NCBI RefSeq assembly: GCF_009914755.1
Contig: NC_060935.1
DNA length: 64,000 bases
Strand: one strand, 5' to 3'
DNA from: the human T2T-CHM13v2.0 reference genome, Homo sapiens
Positions 14,949 through 28,603 of this stretch are shown one piece after another; the first letter of the stretch is position 1, and every line of letters begins with the position of its first letter. The position numbers and the translations under genes were made by a program. The notes under the pieces are model-generated. The model ran no database searches, was not told the origin of the DNA, and saw only the letters and a list, made by a program, of their open reading frames with translations.

Positions 14949-16904
14949 TTAGCTTTTAGAATAACATATACTAAATATCCAGGTGTTCATCATGCCCCTT
15001 AAAGGGTCTGACAAATGGAGAAACTTGGCAAATGTTAACTCCTTCTTCCAAAAAGTAGAAAGTCTCTTCAGCTCAATCACTAACATGACAAAAATCTCCA
15101 AGCTGTCTATGAGCTTAAGACCAGATATCAAAAGAAATCCTCTGTACCACTATGTTTCCTGAGAACTAAGAAAAAATAGCTTTACTTACATGTAGCCATG
15201 GTGCTCAGAAAGAAGCAATGATCTTAGAGTTGGGAGACTTTAAGCAAATACCTAGACCTTCTGAGCTTTTAGATTTTCATCATGAAGTAAAGAGAGAAAT
15301 TCTACCTTCCATGCAGTATAGTTTTTAGGACCCTAGAAAACATAAATAAATTGCTGGCACTTTTACTATGCTGTACTTTCTAAGCAATAACTATTATTGG
15401 TAATATTAGTATGATCATGATGATGATGATTGGTTACTATAAATGGAATACAGAAGACACAGTAGAAAATCACTCTGTCTTTGGCCATTTTTCCATGAAA
15501 TTGAGGATGTTGAACATGCTCTTTTGAATGAACTGGCAAACCCTTGCAAAGCATCAAACCGACTACTGTGAAATAATGTATCAGCTACATGAAGGCCAGA
15601 GCACAGTACCAGTATGATTAAAGGGAAAACAAAGGAGAGAGGCCCTGTATACACTCAATTTAAATTGGCTTGATTTTCAGATACAGCATCAAATTTTGTT
15701 TTTTTCCACAGAACAAGGATGAAGCCTGTGGTATTAGATTTTGATTATTTCCCAAGGCTGTCACAGGACTCAAACTAAAAAAAAAAAGAAAGTTCTATTT
15801 TCTCTTTAAAACACAAACATTAAATAAATTCCAAGAAAACTAACTTTTTCTTCTAGTTAATATGATCATATTAAGACATCAAACTTCTCAAGATTAAAAG
15901 AAAAAAGGTTAAATACACAGAGTTAAGAGGAGTTGAAAGTGAATTAATGCTAAATCAGATAGGTATTATCTCTGAAAGGCTGATGCAGTTATTACAGACA
16001 ATGTTTCAATAACACTGATGGGCAAGGTGGACTTTATTTAAAACAAAATATAATCTTATTCTAAGAAGAGGCAATAATAGATTATAGGACAGAATCAATT
16101 ACCAATTTCTGTCAGATTCTTCATGACTTTTATTTGTCAGACTTGTTATGAGCATTACTTTACATTCCTCATTCAGCAAGTCTTTTGAAAGTGAAACTTT
16201 TATTACATTTCCCAGGGAGCAGAATGAAATAAAATATCTGAATGTTTAAACCTACATAGATAAGTCAGTTTCACTAACTTTGAACTCTCCTTGCTCTAAT
16301 AAATCCTGTCTACCTTTTGTATGAATGGCCAGGCCAAAATATACAAAGTTCCCAGAGATATTTTATAAATTCCTAGAATATGAAGCAACCCTGGATTATC
16401 CTAGGAGAGCCAATCACCATGATTTCGGGAGTTTGCTCATTCATAAATACAAATGAGCAGGATTGATTCAACTAATACATTAATTAATATAGATAATATA
16501 ACCAGGAGAAATAATTCACACAAAGGAAATTTGACATTTGCTAAAAATGTACAGGTAAAGTTTAGACTTACCAAAATTGACCCAGAAAAATTATATGGTA
16601 GCAATAATGCCCACAGAGAAAACTCACAATGATGGATGACAGCACTGATAAGATTAATAAGGGTGAGAAAACAGAAGAAATCAATTTATTGATTCCATTG
16701 GAAATAATGTAAACAATGCTGAGACATATTATAAATTAATTCCTGAGGTATGGTGATTGGGTTAACTCCACATAATAGGAACACAGATAAATCCCCCACA
16801 TACTCAGAAAGAATCATCACACCCACGCCCTCCAACATTAAGTAAATAAATGAGTATCTACTACACATAAAGAGGTCATCCTAAAGTTTGTAATATCTGT
16901 ATCA

Positions 16905-17180
16905 GATGTCTCAAAGCAGCAGATTTTGTGCAAAATCTGATTTTAAGTATTCTGTGGTCAGCACAGTGTTTACAAAAAATTAAAATCCAAAACCATGAGT
17001 CATCATTTAAAAAATTATGTTTTCATGGAAAAGACTGGGTTTGTAACCTCTTTTGAAACACCTGTTCTGGAACTTCTGAGCTCTTATTTCCACAGGTGAC
17101 AACTGGATAGTGTAGAGCAGTGTCTGAGCCCTTTAGGTAGAGCATGTACCTCATAGAAATCACTCAATTATGCAACACAC
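16905..17180. mobile_element. MER102-like hAT-Charlie fossil
   Basis: catttaaaaaattatgttttcatggaaaagactggg...ttccacaggtgacaactgg...gccctttagg. Confidence 0.55.
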
Positions 17181-19485
17181 ATGGCCCCTGTAAGTATTTC
17201 TGTTCAAAACCCCTTCTGAAAGCCCTTGAAATGCGAGAATACCGTGAGGCATCCTGTGCTATTCCAAGAAACCTCTTCCTTTTACAAGAAATTGGCTGGG
17301 TGAACATAGGCAAGACATGCACACTTTCAGATCTCCAGCTTCCTGGGCGGCAGCAACTTGATTCATGGTACTGTGAAGAGGATTAAAAAATATAATGTAT
17401 GAAAATATCAAGCACAGTGTTTGCCTCATAATAGATGCTTGGGAAAAGATAGCCATGATAATGACCATTAACTGAAGAACTATATATAGTCATAGTCCTC
17501 TGATGTTTAAAGGACAAAGAAAGAGAAACAAAATACGTCTGGCTTATGGATAGTGGAACGATGTTGCTGTGCTGTTACACATCTGTAAGGCTAATGTTAG
17601 AGATTGCTATGAAATATTACCAGCTAGTCAGTCAAGGCTCTGTTCTCAGGCATGGTGGGTAGAAAGTATCACTGTCTAGGGCTACTTGACCATGGGGGCG
17701 GTAGCAGAAGGAAACTTCACTTGTCTCTTCTTGTGCCCATTTAAACTATCAGTGTCTCCAGAGAGATTTCTCATTATGAAAGCTGAGGCAGCTCAGTGGT
17801 TATTAAATACCATATCACATTTCATATCCCCTTTTTAGTTGGTAAGGTATGTATTTTCTCACTCACATACAGTATGCAAGAATTTAACCTTCTAAAAAGA
17901 AACTTTTGGTTCTCGGTAATTCCCCAATAATGATAACATAGTAAACATAGCTTGCAATCACCATCATTTATAATTTGGAACTTCATGACAAAATTTATTC
18001 TGAGAAAGAATCAAAATTATAAAAGATAGGTAGAATTCATAAAACAAAGCTGTAAGTCAAATTTAAGAGTTGTTATTCGTAAACTTTATTGTGGTGGCAG
18101 AACTTTAGAGTTCTGATTTATAACATAAATCATTTATATCTCAAGTGTAAAATAAGGTTGGGAAAATCAAATCCCTTTATTTCAGATTTATTGCATGATT
18201 TGTAAACCTGTCCCTCTGTTTGTATATTTTTTCCTGTGCCATGTACATAAATTTTGAATGTTTCAGGATTTTCATGTGTGTTTTATAATCAATCACATAC
18301 TTTCAAAAACTGTGACTAACTGTGATCCCTAAAGAATGCATACAAATACTAGTCTAGTTCTTCCATTTAACAGGAAAAGATTTATACGTGGTAAGTATAC
18401 TTTCTAGTCTGTGTTGATTCAAGCATAACTTCATAAATAAGAATAACAATAACATTTCTTTAACCCGCATTCAGCTTCTGAGTCTGAATCCTATCTGGGA
18501 GCATAGCATGCTCATCCAAAAGGAGCCATCTCTTTAGAAAGCCTGAATCTCCTTGGCTAATATTACTTTATTTCTCCAAGAGGCTGCAATAAAAAATAAT
18601 AATAATTGCCTTGATGTTTGGAACTACTTTATAGAATAGGTATAACCAAAAGTGCACTACACAGGTAATTGTCTTGAGAACTAGGTTTGACTAGTTCTGT
18701 CACATATTAACTGTGCAGCTCTCTGCATGTCACTGCCTCCTGGTTATCTTCATCTGTAAATAAGAAGGCTGGACTCTTGAGGACACTTCCAGGATGAATC
18801 GTGTGTGAATCAGTGTTTCTACCATCTATACCAGATTCTCACAATGACTCGGTCTTTCTAGAGTTGTTTCAGGTGACCAATTTTATTGATCTTCCTCTAT
18901 AACAGAGATTATGCATTTTATTTCCTTTGTAATCTATTTTTGGCATAGCCACACATTCTGCATGAAGTAGTTAGCAATTTATTGGCATATATTCGCCCAG
19001 CTAGCCAGCCAGCCACCCAGCTACTCATCCATTCTTCCATTTATCCATGCCCCAATTAATTCCCTTATCCAGTCATTCATTCAACAAAGATTAACTGAAC
19101 AAACACCACTTACAAGGTTGTTAGTGAGGCTTTCTTGGAAGAATTGTGTTAAGATATAAACTTACAGGGAATTTCTTTCTTGTTTTTATAGAACATGGAA
19201 GAACCTGTGTGGTTGCTTAGTAGATGTTTGGGAGTCAGATACCATCTGGGTTCAAAATCCAACTCAACTCCAGGCCTATCAAGGTCAGATGGTGCTGATA
19301 ACTCTGATTTTACTTCCACCTAAATCCTCCTCATAAAGGAGTTACCTCTCCATCCAGACCTCTCCCTATGTAGCACAAGTCACTAGTCTCCTATCTCCTG
19401 CATTATTATTTACAGTTTCTTCCTGGCTGCAATGCACACCAACAATCTGTTTTTGCTTTTCAGCACAGAGGATTCTTTATGTTGG

Positions 19486-19518
19486 CTCTCTCTCTCTCTC
19501 TCTGTCTCTCTCTGTCTC
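19486..19518. repeat. (CT)n microsatellite, interrupted
   Basis: ctctctctctctctctctgtctctctctgtctc. Confidence 0.9.
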
Positions 19519-19599
19519 ATATGACCTTGTATTTTGAAATATTATATTAAACTTGCATTTATCAATGAATGGGAGGGAATGAAATTTAGAGACAATTTT

Positions 19600-19790
19600 T
19601 CATGTCATTTTGCTAGGCACTTTATATAGATTATCTCACTGTATCCTGACAAGAATCTTTCATAGTAGATACTATTGTCCCCATTTTATAGATGCAGAAA
19701 GGTTAGGTCACCTTTTCATGGATACAGTCTGAGATACTGACTTACTTCTATTTTCTGGCTCCAAAATCTATCCTTGTTCTAAAATACTTC
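19600..19790 (-). mobile_element. MIR SINE
   Basis: tgctaggcacttt...ccccattttatagatgcagaaaggttaggtcac. Confidence 0.75.
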
Positions 19791-21289
19791 ATTTCCTAGT
19801 CTTTATTGATCACAGCTGGAAAGAACTGCTGATCTGTAATCCTAGTATAGATACGAAAACCAATATTTTCTAATGTAAAACATTTCCAGAATTTTCTTAT
19901 TTTGGAGACATGCCTAATTTCTGCTAGACTTTTTGAAATAATGATAGTAGCTTAGAGGTATTCAATTATTACCTTTTTCTTCCAATTATAACACTAGAAA
20001 TCTAGGAATTGAAAATTGTGAACCATCCTATATGCCTCCCTAGGATTACCTTTTACCAAGGCTTAAACCAATTTACAACTCAATGGCTTTATTTGCCAAA
20101 GCAAACTACCAGCAACCACATACATACATGCTTTGTAACTGCAATTAATCTATTAAGTCCTCACAAATATCCTATTTGGTCAGTACTATTTCCGCTGTTT
20201 AAGTGAATTTCCCAGGTCACACAGCTAGTAAATTTTACAGCTAATCTAATAGACTAGTAGTCTTGTTCCTCCAACAGATTCTGACTTTAAATTTTAAGGC
20301 CCAGTATGCTTTGAGGTTCCTTGACCTTTTTCTTCTCACTGTTTTCCAGCATAAGTCAGTCACCTCTCAGTAATGGGTCACACCAAAACCCACTCTCAAC
20401 TCTCTCCTTGTTCATTTATTTCTCCCACTTAGAATGTTTTCCTGGTAACAACAAACCACTAAAATTTTTCTGAGAACTTGCTATAGGGAGCAATTTATAG
20501 GCATTATCTTATCTAATGCTCACTACAGTTCTTTCTGTCAAGTATCATTATCTCCATTTGTCAAGCGAGAAGACTGAGGAAATGGAGAGAGGTTAAATTT
20601 ATTGCCCAGGGTAAAAATTATAGAACTGGGGTTGGTTTCAGGTCTGAATCCACCAGCCATTATGGTAAATACCATCATACCATCTTAACAAGGGAAAGCC
20701 CAAATCCAAATTTAAAAATGGGGTGTAACAGAAATAGTGCAGTTTTGGTGTTAGCATATATTTTCAGTGGAAGTAGTATGTTTCCCACTGGGACAGAAAT
20801 AGTTGTTGGGTTTTTTTTTTTTTTTTTTTTTTTTTGAGTCTATAAATAAATCTTAGACATCGCAATGGTTTGTGCCTTCCAATAGGCCCCAAATACATAA
20901 ACGACTATACAAGATAGCTGTAGTATGAAAATGTCAATGCAGGAGTGGAGAGATGAATAGGAAAAACAATGCCTAAAACAACTACTGGAAGAAAAGTGAT
21001 GATTTAAAAAAAGCCAAGGACCTTGCACTCAAATCTCTAGACAGAAGATTTTGTTGGTTGACTATGGAAATATGCTCCAGGTACATTATATATCTTAATT
21101 TCTGCACAGAAAAATATATAGAAGAAGGGGTGAATTGCCTGCCCCTGGCCTACTTTAACCACATGTTAGTTGTTTCAGTCAGGTTTTTAGCAAGAAGAGA
21201 GTTCAAGGTTGAATGTGGTACGATACCTAAATCAAGATATTGTAATTTCCTTTTAAGACAGAAAGGGTATTTGAGTGTCCAGATGAAAC

Positions 21290-21910
21290 TACTAACACAT
21301 TCAATAAGCAGTTATAAAAGTTCCACCATATGTGCTGTCACTGTCCAATGTATTAGAAACACAATGACAAAAAGAATACAGTGTCTGTTGTTGAGAAGCT
21401 CACAGTCTAGTTGACTACTTCTAAAATGCTAGTGATGGAACTTCATAGCAGGGCTTTCAAATGTACCATTGCCCCCAAAGCTATTTCCACACCTAATAAC
21501 CTAACCGAATGTAAGCTCCTCTGCTTTAACTCCTTTTCATCATTGAAGATTGCATTTCAAAACTGTCTCCATAGGAAACCATTGCCTGGCTGCCTGCAAT
21601 CAAATCTAACGTAAATGCCCATGCAAGTCTTCATGTAACCCATATCGCATTTATATTCACTTGTTCAATATCAATTGATTTGATGGTCTATAGGCTGTGA
21701 GGGAAGAATCTACTTTTATCTACCTTGGAATTTGTACAGTGACTGGTTTACAATAAGAATTAAATAATTACTTGGTGTTTATGCCATTGAATGGTGGACA
21801 GCAATCCAGAATCAATTGAATGAGAACTTTTTGAACACTATTCATGCATCAGACACTGTGTTAGGCACTTAAGATATAAAAGACTGGTGTTTTGCTTTCA
21901 GGGACTTTAT
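21290..21910. mobile_element. Cluster of L2 3' fragments (-, +, -)
   Basis: cattcaataagcagttat...gaagctcacagtctag; ctccataggaaacc...tacagtgactgg; tttttgaacactattcatgcatcagacactgtgttaggcac. Confidence 0.65.
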
Positions 21911-22639
21911 GGATTAGTTAGGATTAGAGCCAGATTGAAAAAAAACACACAAAAACAAACAAACAAACAAACAAAAAACAAGAAGATAATCTCTTCCTCA
22001 GAAAGTAGACTATTTGAGTAATAATTCAAATGTACAAGTGTTTTCACAATTAATATCACATATGAGTCAAATAATAAACTGTTACACAATGTAATCCCTT
22101 ATTTCCATTTTACTAATGGACAATTCTAGGCTGAGCGAGGTCCTGCCATAATCACATGGGTCGAGACAGCATGCAGGGACTCAATTTATCCCTTTCAGCT
22201 CCATGATTCTCCCCGGGAAGTGTTTTGACTGAAAGCCAAAAAGTCAAGGCTCCTGTGCAGTTAAGAGTGTTTTTGAACTTGGAAAGAAAGTGTATCTGTC
22301 ACTGGATTTGTGGGGTTCTCCTGCATGAAAGACATTCATTTAAAATGTTTCCTAGAGTGTCAACAGGTAGTATATAATTGATCAAGCATTTTAGGAGTGA
22401 AGTGACTAAACATCATCCCAAAGGAAGGCTTAGCATCAGAGAATTATCGTTCTTTGGCTTCCCTTGACAAGGGGTATAAATCAGCAGGTGGATGCGCCTG
22501 TCTTGCTTGGAGAAATTGCAGCTTTATAAATAAAAACACTAATCCATGCTGCTGCTGACCAGCCTCTGCTGCCAGCTCACAACTTCAGTCTCTCACCAGC
22601 CTGCCCTGGGGAACTTTCCCATTGCCAGTGTTGAATATT

Positions 22640-23750
22640 TTGTACTGTTTTAAATATAATTCTGTTAAATAGTAACAAAGAAAAATACGAACTCATTTAG
22701 AACATTTGGACAATGTAGGATAATGTTTTAAAAATAAAAATCATTCATAATCTCACTACCCAGAGACAAGATCCATTAATATTTTTGAATATTTCCTCCA
22801 GTCTATTTCTTCTATAACAGGATTTTTTTTTTCCATAATTGAGTTAAATGTATAAGTTTGCTTTTTCTTTAAACTTAATAAATTATATAATTTTCAATTG
22901 CTATTATAAAATCTTTGTATATAAAATGCACTGGCTTTAGATTTCATCACGTGGAAAATCACTGTTTAATCCATTCTCTATTTGGAAAATTTGGTGATAT
23001 TTTGTTCTAATTTTTTACTCTTTTAATTAACACTGTGGTGAGTGTCTTAGTGGCCAGAGCTCCTTTCTTATTGTTCTGGATTTATTTCCTATATTCCTTC
23101 AACAAACAAAAATGGGCCATCTATTATACTCATGGATATTTTAGGTGTTAGAGATACAATCAAAAGCAAAAGAGCCGTCTTCCTGTTCACGTGGAGCTTA
23201 CATTCTGTTTTGGACATGAACGAATGAACAGTCTCTGGGGTGAAAATGTCAAATTAGAAACACAGAGGAGTCTTTAGGAGTACAAAGGAGGTCAGATAAC
23301 CCAGATGAAAAGTTAGTGATAAGGCTTCCTGGAGTAATTGATTTTAAAGGATAAAAAAAAATGGGTAAAAAAGAAAAGGACAAATTAGTTTATATAGTTA
23401 GAATGGTGTGTGTATGATTCCTTTGGGGAACTCAAAGATATTTATTACTTTGAGATACTCAAAATGAGAAATGAGAATGATGAGGTTGAAGATTAACAAG
23501 CACAAAGGTCGTAAAGGACAAGTTTAAGACTGTATTTGAGACACTGACTTTCACCCCAAGGGTAACATAGAACTATTAAGGCATTTTATCTAGGAAAGTA
23601 ATACGGTGAGATTTCTGTAAAGTAGGATTCCTGGAAGCTGAATTACTGGGATATAGAAGATATCTTTTAGGGTCCTGAAATATGTTGCGAAACCATTTTC
23701 CAAAGCGTTACCATAATGCTTGCCTTCCCATTGGCCTCATACAAGAAAGG
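22640..23750 (-). mobile_element. L1ME4-like 3' region split by an L2 insertion (about 23092-23615)
   Basis: ataatctcactacccagagac...ggatttatttcct, then L2 (ttcaacaaac...ggagcttacattct), then ttcctggaagctgaattactggg. Confidence 0.65.
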
Positions 23751-23769
23751 CCATTTGTTATTGGGTGTA

Positions 23770-24020
23770 ACAATGTCTCACATTTACTGGAACACATTTG
23801 TGCTCTTGGTACTATACTAACTGGTACTTTACATTCATTTGCTTAGTGAGGCCTTACAGCAATCTGTTAGGGTTGAAAATATTGCGTCCATTTAACAAAA
23901 TTTCTTAAAAGTTACAAAGAAAGAATAATTTTCCCACAGTCGTGGAAGAAGTAAATAGCTGGACTTAGGTCAAATCTAAGCATGCTTGAGTCTTACAGTC
24001 CATTCTCCCTTTTAATAAGC
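23770..24020 (-). mobile_element. MIR SINE
   Basis: ctcacatttactggaacac...actttacattcatt...ttcccacagtcg. Confidence 0.6.
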
Positions 24021-26411
24021 TTCGACACCTTTCAACTCATTATTGATATCTATAATTCCCATAGAATATAATGCCAGCATTCATTATCTTGCCTAGGTTT
24101 TATTTCTATAGGAATTTTATAAAATTTGTATAGACTTTTCTGGAATTTGACTTCTCTTAGGAAAACCATCTGTGAAAGAAAGAAGAACAGCAAAGGTTAG
24201 GTGATGGGAGACAGGCTTAGTTACAGGCAGGTGGCGTGTTTACACAGTACCCTTTATCTTCCCTGTTACCATTACAGAACAGCTGTTAATCTGTTTTCCC
24301 CAGATTAATGTTAGCAATGGATCAGATGCAGTTGCCCTGAAAAGTGCCAGACCTCAGGATGTAAAAAAAGTAAATAACTTAAGTTTAGAAGGAGGCTTGC
24401 TTCTCAATGATATCAGGCTGGAATGATAGAGAGCCCTTTGTCTCTTTAGGCCTTACTCTGGCTACATTCATGACTGTGAATTAATCCATGTTTGTAGACT
24501 CCTCACAGCACAATATGGAGCTGCCCATCATTGCTAACTGTCAGTGAAGAGAAAGGCTTGGGCAGCCTTAAAGTGTGAACCAAACTGTGGGTCCAATATT
24601 TGCAATCAATTCCCTTTTCCTTAGTTTTATTGCAATTATATTCATTGAACACAGTCCACCAAGGATTTGAGAATAAACTACATATTGAAATTTGAAAGAT
24701 CTTGCAAAATGTATAGAAATATTACCTAAGACAGATAATGGAAAGGAGCAATGATGTAGATCCATTGAATGAGGCAAAATGGTTTGCCCTCTTACCAGCT
24801 ATGATAACTTATTCTCTTTAAATGTCAGTTTCCTTCTTTTTCCAATGATGACAGTAATGATACCTATTGTGATGGTGAAGAGTAAATGCCATGATTTATC
24901 AAATATATCTAACACTGTATCTGAGAGGGTAAAAGGAAGTTCTCCTTAAAAATAGATTATCAAAAATATTAAATAAAATTATTTAAATATATTATATATG
25001 GTTTGTTGCTATGTATCATTTTTAAATTACATATTCAGTTACTTAAAATATAGTTTTAAATTTTATTGCATGGAATTGAGAAAACCATCCTGATGGAATA
25101 GTGTGATAAAACCACTATATTTGCTAGCAACAAAAGCCCTACATTTGAGTCCCAGGTTTACCACTGTGGTTACTTATAAAAGTCATGTACCTTCTTGTGC
25201 TTCCGTTATATCATCTTATCTTGGGTATCTTAGGATCTGCCATATGTTTCATAGTGTTATTATGAAAATTACTTGTCACTTTCCAAGTAGATGATTCTGT
25301 GATGTATTCAATGTCAGGCTTTTTCTGAATAGACTGGAAGTCCAAGGTGGCCTGAGAGAAGAAACATGGCTATATCTTTAACTCTAAGATAAAAAAGAGG
25401 GTAAAAGCTCAGACAGCAGGGCAATTCTCCCTGGCCCATAAAAGAAGGCAAGTCCTTCAGGCTGGCAATTCAGAGTCAGGCCCTGGGGTTGATCTCTTTT
25501 CCTCTTGGAGCACATTGACGATAGCCACAGATGGAGTTCATGGACCAAAAGGCAGCTCACAGAAGCATGGAAGTGACCATGTCTGTTCAGAGTGTGGCTG
25601 GCTGTGAGGAACCAGGCTTCCTCCTGAGATGATGGCCCAGGATAGCCATCACAGCTGCAGACTTCACAGAACATTAGCTTCAGAAGTCACTTTTTAGGTC
25701 ACACACAAAACCCATCTCTCTTATGGTCACAGAGCACAGGCTGGCTCCCAAGCTCCCACTTTTAGGCTCAGAAAAGCACCTGCCACCACGCCCTCTTAGG
25801 CAGTAGCTCTGTAGCCCTTCAGGTGAGACCTGCTAGGACAGGTATAACTTTGGCCACCTGCATTGCATAAATGTCCCCTTTGCTTGACTTTGTTTCTTCA
25901 TTAACCTCTTTCCTCTCATTTTGACCTCACCCTCAGGTTTGATGATTCCTGCTACTTAGGGCCCTGCATATATTATTCTCTTGTCTTGGGCCACACTAAG
26001 TTTCTAGAGTTTTCAGAGCTGCTACTTCTGTATCAGTACTGAAAACTAGAATGTATCATCTCCTATGTGTTACATATGATTCAACACACAAGAGGCAACT
26101 GGAACCCCAAAAAGTTAAAGAAAATATCTTGTTAATGCTTTGGGCATAAAATATAGGCTATATTTTCCTGTTAAAATAATTGGAGAGAACACAATTATGT
26201 ACGTCAGGGCCCTTTTAAAGAGAAGTTTCCTTGGCATGTGCATTATCACATACATTCTCTTATAGAGCTGGGGATAAAGAACAAATTTAACTTACAAAAT
26301 GGTGGCAAATGGTATTCAGATGGCTTAAACATCCTTAAATACATTACTATAGTTGATGACTACATCTACTACTATGTAATCAAAAGAGTCAAGATTTTTA
26401 TAGCATTATGG

Positions 26412-26622
26412 CAGAGATAAGTAAACTATGATTCATGAGCCAAATTTTGATTGTCACCTATTTTTGTAAATAAAGTTTTCTTAGAACATGGCCATAATCA
26501 TTTGTTTTCATATTGTCTGTGGTGCGTTTGCATTGCAATGACAGAGCTGAGTAACTGTCACAGAGACCATATGTCTTGGAAAGCCAAACTATCTAGCCTT
26601 TTACAAAGTTTGCTGAATCCTG
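26412..26622. mobile_element. MER58A hAT-Charlie MITE, full length
   Basis: tttttgtaaataaagttttcttagaac...cagagacc...aagtttgctgaatcctg; CAG...CTG ends; 8-bp TSD CATTATGG / CCTTATGG. Confidence 0.88.
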
Positions 26623-27249
26623 CCTTATGGCAAAGAGAACATATAGGATCCAAACTACGGCAATGTGTCCATCTACGACCTGTTAAAATAACTTTTTCTG
26701 TTAACTATCTGAGACATAAAGGAGCTCAGTGTGTTTATTAAAAACAATGTCAGACATTTTTTGTTCTAGATAATTGACTTACTACAATTCTTCTACCTAA
26801 TTTAAACATTTCCCGAGACACGAAATACAATTAAACAAACCAATCCCAACTTGGAAACAGAACTGAATCCTTGATTATTCAGAGAATGTTTCACGGTCGT
26901 CATTATAAAGGTAGATTCTCATCATCCTGCTCACTCTTGGAAGGAACTAGCAGTATGATGCAGACGAACAGCGCAGAGTGACCTTGGTTACACCAAAATA
27001 ACCTTTGAAAGTGGTTAATCTAGAGTTCAGAATTGTGGCCCTGCGAATATTTCTCTCAGTAGAGTTGAACTATGTTGTTATTTCTCTCTCTCATGTGACT
27101 AAGTTCTTGAAGAAGAGGGACTATATTTTGTTTTGGTTTTATTCTCAGTTGCCTCAACACCTAGTACAACGTCTGACACTTAGTAGATCCACAGTTAATG
27201 TTCATTGAACTGAACTGAGTAAGTAGTGTTTTCCAAATATATATGACAC

Positions 27250-27740
27250 TACTCATTGGCTATGGTTACAGGCATTCTGAATCACTTATCCCTTGCCAGC
27301 TTACACTTTGGAGGCTGAAAAATCTCCCTACTGCTTTATCAACATCTCTTGCAGCTAGAGAGGGCCAGATGACAGTTTAGTTAATGATACATAAGGAATT
27401 ATTGATTATGGAGTTTCTGGAAGTTTCCTGTTTATCTGATAACAGGGACAGACACAAATGGCAGTGTCTCTTTCCATCTTTTTCTTGCCTTGAACGTGGA
27501 GGCGATGCCTGCTGCTAGGAAAGCTAATCTGTGAATATAAGACAATTAGCTAATAATATTGTGAATAGTGGAGTAGAAAGGTAAACAGAGATTGGGTGTT
27601 TATAAGGAGTCCCTGCACTAGCCCCAGACTGTTTATATCCAGATTTCTTGTTTCATTAGCAATGTAAATCCCTATTTGTTTAAGCCTTTGTTAGTTTGAA
27701 TATCTGTTACTTCTGGCTAAAAATGTACCTAATTGTCTCA
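27250..27740 (+). mobile_element. LTR33-like ERVL solo LTR
   Basis: tctcttgcagctagag...ttgccttgaacgtggaggcgatgcctg...ccctatttgtttaagcc...tctgttactt. Confidence 0.75.
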
Positions 27741-27821
27741 ACAATATTTGTGGAAAGCACATCAACCTGGAGATCAATTAAAATAACAATTCTCACAAAC
27801 TATTCCTATAAGAAATCTTGG

Positions 27822-28123
<302 letters not shown>

Positions 28124-28371
28124 CTAGAAGGGCATCTTTGCAGGAAGATAGTGGAGAAGAGAAATTAAATTGTTAATAATCTACTACATTCCAGGGACTC
28201 TACTTAGTCTTTTGTTTTTCTAATGTCATTAAATCCACACAATGACACTCTTAGGTGGTATCATTAACGCATAGATGATACGATGTGTTAAGAAAGGTTA
28301 AGAACTTTGTTTAAAAGGCATAAATCTAGGAAGCAACAAGGTGCAATTCAAAGCAAGTTCTTTATAACTCT

Positions 28372-28603
28372 AAAATCCATATTAACTTAAAGTATAATAA
28401 TAATAAAATAAAATAAAATAAAGAATTTCTTTCATGAATGGGTGTTAAAGTTTATCAATTTTTTTTCTGTATTTGCTGGAATGATTTGTGCTGTATTATC
28501 ATTCTCATACATTGTTGGAGTTGGTTTGCTATTATTTTGCTTTTGATTTTTTCATTTATACTCACTAATAAAATTTGCTAAAATTAAAAAAAAAATCCAT
28601 ATT
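28372..28603 (+). mobile_element. L1-mediated 3' transduction: terminal L1PA bases, A-rich tail, about 163 bp of flank, new poly(A), 12-bp TSD
   Basis: TSD AAAATCCATATT (28372-28383 / 28592-28603); aacttaaagtataataataataaaataaaataaaataaa is the L1PA 3' terminus; AATAAA at 28567 lies 13 nt before an A10 run. Confidence 0.8.

Noticed and set aside
20792-21059. T25 run followed by gagtct, with a loose direct repeat gacagaa....ttgttgg about 250 bp away, as a possible retroposed insert or Alu remnant
   Set aside because: The repeat has 4 central mismatches, there is no minus-strand poly(A) signal next to the T-run, and the Alu similarity is only a few bases.
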